NCBI GenBank assembly: GCA_046485045.1
Contig: JAWOHT010000133.1
Location: 16,203-80,202 of the forward strand
Source of the DNA: Bacteroidales bacterium
GTDB lineage: Bacteria; Bacteroidota; Bacteroidia; Bacteroidales; UBA10428
Length of the DNA: 64,000 nucleotides
Direction of reading: 5' to 3'
Of the stretch, positions 57,037-64,000 are shown piece by piece. The notes under the pieces were generated by a model. It made no database searches. It worked only from the letters and a program-made list of their open reading frames with translations, and was not told where the DNA came from. Numbering within the stretch: the stretch's first letter is position 1; the number at the start of each line of letters is the position of its first letter. Position numbers and translations under genes: made by a program.

Positions 57037-58941
57037 ATGAAAAACATATTATATTCAATATTAATTATATCGCTTTTCGCGATATCGTGTACAGACTTTC
57101 TTGAAGAAGAAAGTAAGCTTACAAAAACTGAGGACCTTGTTTATAGCAATGCAGATGCAGTAAAAGGCCTGGTTGGTGCATGTTATTCCTACACCAGGTT
57201 GTGGTACGGTCATGAAATGGCAATATACTATTCTGAGGGAGGAACCGATCTTTGGTATGGCGGTAAAGACAACGCATTTACCCCTGCACAGGAATTCACA
57301 ACTTACAATGGATTAAAAGCAGATATGATGGTCTTTGATCAAATGTTCGAACTGTTGTATTCTGCAATAAACACATGCAATACTACAGAAGCGGTGCTAA
57401 AATTAAAAAAATATCTTTCCGATGCAGAAACGAACAAACTACTTTCTGAAGTACTGTTTTTAAGGGCTTTTTATTACTGGCATCTGGTTGAAACATGGGG
57501 CCCGGTTCAGCTCAACACAGAACCTACAATTGTTCCTTCTACCGTATTTGTGAGAAATTCAGTAGATCAAATTTATACCCAGATGTTCAAAGACGTTCAA
57601 TTTGCTGTCAATAATCTTGATCCTTCAGAAAAACCCAGTTCACGTGTTACATGGCTTGCTGCCAAAGCTTTTAAAGCACGCCTTGCATTATACTATGGAA
57701 GCGCTTATCACGGGCAGACAGCATATTTAGACACTGCAGCAGTGAATGCCAAAGATGTTATCAACGCCGCACAGGCGCTTGGAAAAGGCCTTTACGATAA
57801 TTACAGTGACGTTTGGGACATTAAAAAGAATGCTACAGAAAACAATAATGAATTTATATGGGCTGTTGACTACTACGATGCAATAGGTTCGGATATAAAA
57901 TGGAGTGACTTGCCTATAAGGCTGCAGGGAATCAGTGGATGGGATAAAGTCTATTCCAGGACCGATGGTTTGGGACAGGGCAACACCCAGCATTTAATGT
58001 GGACCCCTATATGGAATAACCAGAATACCAACGACGGCGGACCAAGTATAACCGATGTGCTGGTAAGGATGTCAGGTTCTCATTTAATGTATACTGTTGC
58101 TTCGCCTGCCGCAAAAGTTAATGTTGATTTAGGAAATTTTTATGTGAAATATTCTATGGGCTATACAAGGTTTGGGCCCACAAAATATTGTCTTGATCTT
58201 TTCGATGAAACAATTGACCAGCGCTGGGATGTTACTTTCCGATCTGCGTGGTACAAAGATCCGAAGGTTGTACCAAAGAATTATCCCGATACAGCAACAT
58301 GCGCCTATCCTTTAATGTCAACCGGCACCAATTTTGATACATGTCTGTTTTTCAGCAAGCGACCCCTTACCCAGGCCCAAAAAGACTGGGCAAATAAACG
58401 ATATAAAGCTATGGATGTTACCATACAATTTGATTCAACTGGCAGGCCTACTCCCAATACAGCCTTTGGCGGAGCAGTTATGTACAATGCCTTGCGGAAA
58501 TTTGAAAATACCGATTCAAAAATTGCAGCCATGACAAGTTTCCAGGACTATTTTTCATATCGCGATTTTCCTGTGTTCAGGCTGGCAGAAATGTACCTGA
58601 TTGCAGCTGAAGCCCTGATAAATTCTAATCAGTCTGAAGCTGTAGAACTTGTAAACATCCTCAGGGATAAACGTGCAATTGACGGAAAAGAAGCCGAAAT
58701 GTTGGTTAATAATGTAGACGTAGATTTTATTCTTGAAGAAAGGGCCCGTGAATTTACTGCCGAAGATATTCGCTGGTTTGACCTTAAACGTACGAAAAAA
58801 CTTGAACAGCAGGTTCAAAAAAATCCTGCCACTAAGGATTTTTTCATTCCGGGTATACATTATTTGAGGCCAATACCGACAAATCAAATCAAGGCTTCAT
58901 CTAATTTTGATGATCCAACGCTACAGAACCCCGGATATTAA
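57037..58941 (+). CDS. SusD/RagB family nutrient-binding outer-membrane lipoprotein (pair 2)
   Basis: The lipobox is LFAISCTDFLEE. FLRAFYYWHLVETWG and RAREFTAEDIRWFDLKR are present. It is a paralogue of the 47976-49958 gene. Confidence 0.92.
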   Translation: MKNILYSILIISLFAISCTDFLEEESKLTKTEDLVYSNADAVKGLVGACYSYTRLWYGHEMAIYYSEGGTDLWYGGKDNAFTPAQEFTTYNGLKADMMVFDQMFELLYSAINTCNTTEAVLKLKKYLSDAETNKLLSEVLFLRAFYYWHLVETWGPVQLNTEPTIVPSTVFVRNSVDQIYTQMFKDVQFAVNNLDPSEKPSSRVTWLAAKAFKARLALYYGSAYHGQTAYLDTAAVNAKDVINAAQALGKGLYDNYSDVWDIKKNATENNNEFIWAVDYYDAIGSDIKWSDLPIRLQGISGWDKVYSRTDGLGQGNTQHLMWTPIWNNQNTNDGGPSITDVLVRMSGSHLMYTVASPAAKVNVDLGNFYVKYSMGYTRFGPTKYCLDLFDETIDQRWDVTFRSAWYKDPKVVPKNYPDTATCAYPLMSTGTNFDTCLFFSKRPLTQAQKDWANKRYKAMDVTIQFDSTGRPTPNTAFGGAVMYNALRKFENTDSKIAAMTSFQDYFSYRDFPVFRLAEMYLIAAEALINSNQSEAVELVNILRDKRAIDGKEAEMLVNNVDVDFILEERAREFTAEDIRWFDLKRTKKLEQQVQKNPATKDFFIPGIHYLRPIPTNQIKASSNFDDPTLQNPGY

Positions 58942-59018
58942 AAGAGCCTTAGGTCTTGATAATATGCAGAAAGAGACCGGGTAAAAGCCAATAAGGTCGT
59001 CATGAGGATAGCACAACC

Positions 59019-59218
59019 GAAGAGGCTGTGTTAAAGGTCTTTCTCTAACTCGATTTGTCATGTTGAGCGATAGTTAACTTCTCTTATTAAATAGTATAGA
59101 TTCTTCACTATCGTTCAGAATGACAAGAGAAGTGACTTTTTTCACAGTCTCTTCATGTTGATGAATTGGGATTCGTAATGACGGTTTCGAAAAAGTTGAC
59201 TTTTTACATAGCCTCTTT
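59019..59218. repeat. Composite of two short dispersed-repeat families in the susD2 / transketolase intergenic region
   Basis: Family A has a unit of about 21 nt, GAAGAGGCTGTGTTAAAGGTC, at 59019-59039 (+). Reverse copies lie at 59134-59154 and 59198-59218, each matching 17/21. Family B (TTGTCATyyTGAnC) lies at 59054-59073 (+) and 59108-59126 (-), matching 16/19. Family B is also present at 6743 and 6809. Confidence 0.7.
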
Positions 59219-59399
59219 TATGCTTAAAAAATGCACACAGTCTCTACAGACTGGTAGTAAAATATTACTTAAGATTGCATATCTGGTTACTAACCCAGGT
59301 TTTGTTACTTTTTATACAATATGATAAAAGTTTTTTACTCTTTCGAATTCTTTTATATATTTACGTTTTTTAAATTTTGATATTAGTTAAATAATTAAA

Positions 59400-60269
59400 A
59401 TGGCACAAGAAAATTCACTTAAAATATTAAAATTACAGTTACAGGCTGAAAAAATCAGGAAAAGGGTTGTTGAAATGATTTATACATCGAAATCGGGCCA
59501 TATCGGAGGCTCCCTTTCGTCAGTTGATATTAACACCTCCCTGTATTTCAATATTATGAACATTGATCCGAAAAATGCATTGAAAGATGACAGGGATCGG
59601 TTTATTTTAAGCAAGGGCCACAGTGTTGAAGCTTTATACTGTGTGTTGGCAGCCCGGGGTTTTATCGAAGATAAAGTATTAAATACTTACGGGCAGTTTA
59701 ATTCGATTCTTGAAGGCCACCCGAACAAAAAGGTATCGGGTGTTGAACACAACAGCGGTGCATTGGGACATGGCTTGTCTGTTGGCGTGGGTATCGCAAT
59801 TGCTGCAAAGATGGATAACAAACCTTATCGTACAATAGTGCTGATGGGAGACGGGGAGCAGGGAGAAGGCTCAATTTATGAGGCTGCCATGTCAGCAAGT
59901 CATTATAAACTTGATAACCTGATAAGTATTATCGACAGAAACAATCTGCAGATTAGCGGAGATACAGAAAAAGTAATGTCACTTGAGCCAATACGCGGTC
60001 GCTGGGAAATGCTGGGCTGGGAGGTTTTTAATATCAATGGCAATGATATAGGGGAAATAATTGAAGTTTTTGAAAAACTTAATTATAACAATAAAAAACC
60101 AAAACTGATAATTGCCGATACAATAAAGGGACATGGTATTTCTTTTATGGAAAGAAATGCCAGCTGGCACCATGGAGTGGTAAATGAAGAGCAATACAAA
60201 GAGGCAATCGTTGAAATTAATAAAAGAATTGAAAATCTGAACAGTATAATAAATGAATATGAAAAGTGA
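59400..60269 (+). CDS. Transketolase, N-terminal (TPP-binding) subunit
   Basis: 289 aa. SGHIGGSLS, SKGHSVEALY and the TPP motif GDGEQGEGSIYEA. Confidence 0.92.
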   Translation: MAQENSLKILKLQLQAEKIRKRVVEMIYTSKSGHIGGSLSSVDINTSLYFNIMNIDPKNALKDDRDRFILSKGHSVEALYCVLAARGFIEDKVLNTYGQFNSILEGHPNKKVSGVEHNSGALGHGLSVGVGIAIAAKMDNKPYRTIVLMGDGEQGEGSIYEAAMSASHYKLDNLISIIDRNNLQISGDTEKVMSLEPIRGRWEMLGWEVFNINGNDIGEIIEVFEKLNYNNKKPKLIIADTIKGHGISFMERNASWHHGVVNEEQYKEAIVEINKRIENLNSIINEYEK

Positions 60270-61203
60270 TAATAAGGTTCCTTGCAGATTGATGTTTACC
60301 GATACATTGCTTGAACTTGCAAAAAACGACAGGGATATAGTTGCAGTGACAACCGATGCACGTGGTTCGGTAACACTTACATCATTTGCAAAAGAACTTC
60401 CGGATCAATTTATTGAGTTGGGAATAGCAGAACAGAATGCCATTGGCGTTGCAGCAGGGCTGGCTTATTCCGGAAAAAAAACTTTCGTTTGCGGCCCGGC
60501 TTCTTTTTATACTGCCCGCTCACTTGAGCAGGTTAAAGTTGATGTGGCCTATTGCGGGATTCCTGTAAAAATTTTAGGGGTTAGCGGTGGTATAAGCTAC
60601 GGGGCACTGGGTTTTACCCACCACAGCCTGCACGATATAGCTGTTTTAAGGACTTTTCCGGGAATGCACGTAGTGTTGCCCTGTGATATTTTCCAGACAA
60701 AGAAACTGGTAAAAGAGCTTGTTAATTACCCGCATCCGGTTTACATACGGCTGGGCAGGAATGCTGTGCCCAATGTGTATGAAAATGAGAATGCAGGATT
60801 TCAAATTGGCAAGGCCAATGTTTTACTCGAGGGCAACGATATTGCAATTATCGGAACAGGGGAGACAGTTTATCATTGCCTGCAGGCAGGAAAAGAATTG
60901 CATTCACATGGTATTAAAGCCCGCGTGATTGATATGCATACATTAAAACCTGTTGACAGAAATGTAATAGTGAAAGCAGCAAAAGAAACAAAGTGCATAA
61001 TAACTGTTGAAGAACATAGCATCTTCGGAGGATTGGGCGGAATAGTTGCTGAGATAGCAGCGCAGGAAAATCCTGTGCCAATGCGTATTCTGGGCATGCC
61101 TGATGAATTTGTCGTTCATGGCACACCCATAGAAGTATTCAAACACTATGGCATTGACGGCAAAGGAATTGCTGACAGCGCGTTACAACTCTTAAAAAAA
61201 TAA
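60253..61203 (+). CDS. Transketolase, C-terminal (pyrimidine-binding) subunit
   Basis: 316 aa. FIELGIAEQNAIGVAAGLA, THHSLHDIAVLR and PVYIRLGR. It overlaps the N-terminal subunit gene by 17 nt. Confidence 0.92.
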   Translation: MNMKSDNKVPCRLMFTDTLLELAKNDRDIVAVTTDARGSVTLTSFAKELPDQFIELGIAEQNAIGVAAGLAYSGKKTFVCGPASFYTARSLEQVKVDVAYCGIPVKILGVSGGISYGALGFTHHSLHDIAVLRTFPGMHVVLPCDIFQTKKLVKELVNYPHPVYIRLGRNAVPNVYENENAGFQIGKANVLLEGNDIAIIGTGETVYHCLQAGKELHSHGIKARVIDMHTLKPVDRNVIVKAAKETKCIITVEEHSIFGGLGGIVAEIAAQENPVPMRILGMPDEFVVHGTPIEVFKHYGIDGKGIADSALQLLKK

Positions 61204-61257
61204 TAAATGCTTAGAAAAAGCAGGTAATATAAAATTAACCCGATAAAAATATCATAA

Positions 61258-62736
61258 ATGAAATATACATTAGCAATAGATCAAAGCACCTCGGCCACAA
61301 AAACTATGTTATTTGATGAGAATGCAGTGTTGTTTTCACGCATCTCAATCGAGCACGAACAATTTTACCCTCAACCCGGATGGGTCGAACACGATCCGTC
61401 GGAGATTTTATCCAATACCTATAAGGCTATTGAAGAATTATTGCGAAAAAGCAACGTTTCAAAATCAGATATCGCATCTGTTGCTATAACCAATCAAAGA
61501 GAAACTGTTGTGGTATGGGACAAGCGTACCGGCAAACCCGTATATAACGCAATCGTGTGGCAATGCAACAGGGGTTCCAAAATATGTGATGAATTAGTTG
61601 GTAAAGGCCATGAACCAATGGTTCAAAAAAAGACAGGATTGATAATCAACCCCTATTTCTCTGCAAGTGGCATTAAATGGATACTTGATAATGTAAAAGG
61701 CGCCATGGACGAGGCAAACAAGGGTAATTTACTGCTCGGTACAATGGATACCTGGCTTATATGGAATTTTACCTCAGGGAAAGTTCATGCCACTGATTAT
61801 ACCAACGCCTGCCGCACCCTGTTATTTAATATCCATACACTTAACTGGGATAAAGAATTGCTTGACCTTTTCACCACCCCATCTTCTATGATGCCAAAGG
61901 TATTGCCTTGTGACGAGGTATACGGGACAACAACCCTGAATGGCCTGGTACCTGAAATACCCATTGCCGGAGTCCTGGGAGATTCTCATGGAGCTTTGGT
62001 CGGGCAGATGTGTTTTACAAGCGGCATGGGCAAAGCAACATACGGAACCGGGTCTTCAATAGCAGTGAATATAGGAGAAAATGCGCTTCCTGCTCCACGG
62101 GGCCTTGTAACTTCTGTAGGTTTTACAGCAAAAGGAAAAACTTTTTACGAATACGAAGGCAACATTCATTGTACCGGGGCTACGATAAAATGGCTTCAGG
62201 ACGACCTTATGCTTATCAAGTCTGCTGCCGAATCCGAATCTCTTGCCACCTCGGTTGAAAGCACAGACGGTGTATACTTAGTACCTGCATTTGCCGGTTT
62301 GGGCGCACCATGGTGGGACAACGAAGCAAAAGGTTTAATTTGCGGAATGAACAGGGGAACCAAAAAAGCACATATCGTTCGGGCAGCGCTCGAATCTATT
62401 GCATACCAGGTAAAAGATTTATTATCGCTTATTCAGGAATCAGGGGTAAAACTGCAGGAATTGCGTGTAGATGGCGGTCCGGTTAAAAACAATTTTCTTA
62501 TGCAGTTCCAGGCCGATATGTTACAGGCAAAAATTAACCGCAGCCCTATTGAAGAAGCCTCTGCACTGGGTGCAGTCTTAATGGGCGGTTTGGCATTAAA
62601 TCATTGGCCCGATTTAAAAGCGGTTAATGCGCTCAGGGCAGAAAGCGATTATATTACGCCAAAAATGCCTGAAACAATGGTTAATGCCCTCTACAGTGAT
62701 TGGAAAAAAGCCGTTCAACGAACACTTTATAAGTAA
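61258..62736 (+). CDS. FGGY-family carbohydrate kinase, closely glycerol-kinase-like
   Basis: 492 aa, collinear with GlpK. Matching segments are YPQPGWVEHDP, ITNQRETVVVWDKRTGKPVYNAIVWQC, NPYFSASGIKW, DTWLIWNFT and HATDYTNACRTLLFNIHTLNWD. Confidence 0.88.
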   Translation: MKYTLAIDQSTSATKTMLFDENAVLFSRISIEHEQFYPQPGWVEHDPSEILSNTYKAIEELLRKSNVSKSDIASVAITNQRETVVVWDKRTGKPVYNAIVWQCNRGSKICDELVGKGHEPMVQKKTGLIINPYFSASGIKWILDNVKGAMDEANKGNLLLGTMDTWLIWNFTSGKVHATDYTNACRTLLFNIHTLNWDKELLDLFTTPSSMMPKVLPCDEVYGTTTLNGLVPEIPIAGVLGDSHGALVGQMCFTSGMGKATYGTGSSIAVNIGENALPAPRGLVTSVGFTAKGKTFYEYEGNIHCTGATIKWLQDDLMLIKSAAESESLATSVESTDGVYLVPAFAGLGAPWWDNEAKGLICGMNRGTKKAHIVRAALESIAYQVKDLLSLIQESGVKLQELRVDGGPVKNNFLMQFQADMLQAKINRSPIEEASALGAVLMGGLALNHWPDLKAVNALRAESDYITPKMPETMVNALYSDWKKAVQRTLYK

Positions 62737-62855
62737 AATCTAAAATATTAAAACAAATTCAAAGTTTATATAAGCAGCAATAATTTTCATTGATTAACAT
62801 AATGCAAAAACAAAGTACTTGGAACTATTAATATTCATAATTAAAAATTAAGACT

Positions 62856-64000
62856 ATGGCTTACAAGAAAAAACTCACATTTGGCCTTATCGTAGGCACG
62901 CGGAATATATTTAATGCCAAGCTGGCTGAAGAAGCCAAGATTGTGCTGCTTAAAAAAATGAAAGAATGGGGCTATGATTATGTAATACTTGCTTCTGAAG
63001 CAACCCCCACCGGTAATATTGAAACTTACCAGGATGCAAAAAAATGCGCGGACTTATTTAAGAAAAACCGCGATATTATTGATGGTGTGATTGTCGTATT
63101 GCCCAACTTTGGCGATGAATTGGGAATTGTCAATACCCTTAACATGGCAAAGCTTGATGTTCCGGTATTAATTCAGGCTTGCGATGACGATAATGATAAG
63201 GTAGACGTTTACAGCCGCCGTGATGCTTTTTGCGGAAAATTATCGGTATGTAACAACCTTTACCAATACGGTATTCCATTTACAGATACCAGTACTCATA
63301 CATATCCTCTTGACAGCGAAGCGTTTGCAAAAGACGTAGCGAAATTCGCCGGTGTTTGCCGTGTTGTCGGAGGCATCAAAGGTGCCCGGATAGGCCAGGT
63401 TGGCACCCGCCCACAGGCATTTCAAACCATGCGCGCCAGTGAAAAATTATTACAGGCAAACGGTATGACTGTTATTCCTGTTGATCTCTCAGAAATTCTG
63501 GCAGCAGCCGAAAAAATTGACGGCAATGCCAAAGCACTGCTTGAAAAAGTTAGTGATATAAAAAATTATGGCAAAATTGTAAGTGGTGTAAATGATGAAA
63601 AAATCAAAAGACAGGCAAAATTTGGCCTGGCCATTGAAAACTGGATGACAGCAAATGAAATTGATGCTGCAGGTATTCAATGCTGGGAATCTGTTGAAAA
63701 AAACTACGGATGCGCTACCTGTCTTACCATGAGTATGCTGGGTGAAAAACTTAATCCCTGTGCCTGCGAAACCGACCTTACAGGAGTAGTTTCGATGTAC
63801 ACCTTAATGCTTGCATCGGGAACCCCTTCTGCCCTTCTTGACTGGAACAATAACTTTGCCCAGGACCGTAACAAATGTGTTTGCACCCACTGCAGCAATT
63901 ACCCAAAAAGTTTCTTCCAGAACGAAATTGAAATAGGTACCCTGGATGTACTTGGTACAGTGCTTGGCCAGGAAGACACTTTTGGCGCAGTTAAAGGAAA
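62856..64000 (+). CDS. L-fucose/L-arabinose isomerase family protein, 3'-truncated by the window end
   Basis: My own translation from the ATG at 62856 is open to nt 64000: MAYKKKLTFGLIVGTRNIF...RRDAFCGKLSVCNNLYQYGIPF...GARIGQVGTRPQAFQT...CETDLTGV. It is not in the ORF track because no stop codon is reached. Confidence 0.75.
   Translation, partial: MAYKKKLTFGLIVGTRNIFNAKLAEEAKIVLLKKMKEWGYDYVILASEATPTGNIETYQDAKKCADLFKKNRDIIDGVIVVLPNFGDELGIVNTLNMAKLDVPVLIQACDDDNDKVDVYSRRDAFCGKLSVCNNLYQYGIPFTDTSTHTYPLDSEAFAKDVAKFAGVCRVVGGIKGARIGQVGTRPQAFQTMRASEKLLQANGMTVIPVDLSEILAAAEKIDGNAKALLEKVSDIKNYGKIVSGVNDEKIKRQAKFGLAIENWMTANEIDAAGIQCWESVEKNYGCATCLTMSMLGEKLNPCACETDLTGVVSMYTLMLASGTPSALLDWNNNFAQDRNKCVCTHCSNYPKSFFQNEIEIGTLDVLGTVLGQEDTFGAVKG

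Overview
This window looks like a chromosomal segment from a Bacteroidota-type genome. The evidence is two SusC/SusD pairs, a T9SS C-terminal sorting domain, TAnnTTTG-type promoter motifs and several Bacteroidota-restricted DUF families. Coding density is high, with about 48 genes. Most are housekeeping: lon (5' partial), nrfHA nitrite reductase, an ECF sigma/anti-sigma pair, pcm, gcvP, purD, rpmH, clpP-like, nudC, thpR and an ABC-2 exporter. I found no rRNA, tRNA, CRISPR array, intact transposase, integrase or recognisable defence gene. The most unusual region is 47.0-64.0 kb. It holds two paralogous susC/susD pairs arranged head-to-head as a mirror image, with no glycoside hydrolase and no canonical PUL regulator. 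On one side is a signal-less RbsB-like sugar-binding protein. On the other is an operon of split transketolase, a GlpK-like FGGY kinase and a fucose-isomerase-family protein. I read this as a candidate non-canonical locus for uptake and catabolism of a small or rare sugar. Other points worth a second look are listed below.
- A full-length methyl-accepting chemotaxis protein lies next to nrfHA.
- An isolated multi-domain PL10 pectate lyase follows a short decayed-gene junction.
- An AT-rich block (30.6-33.0 kb) is probably acquired.
- Short dispersed repeat families pile up in two intergenic regions (6.6-7.0 kb and 58.9-59.4 kb).
- A 33-nt palindrome overlaps a stop codon.
- rpmH (51 aa) is absent from the supplied ORF track.
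All family assignments come from motif recognition by eye, not from database searches.
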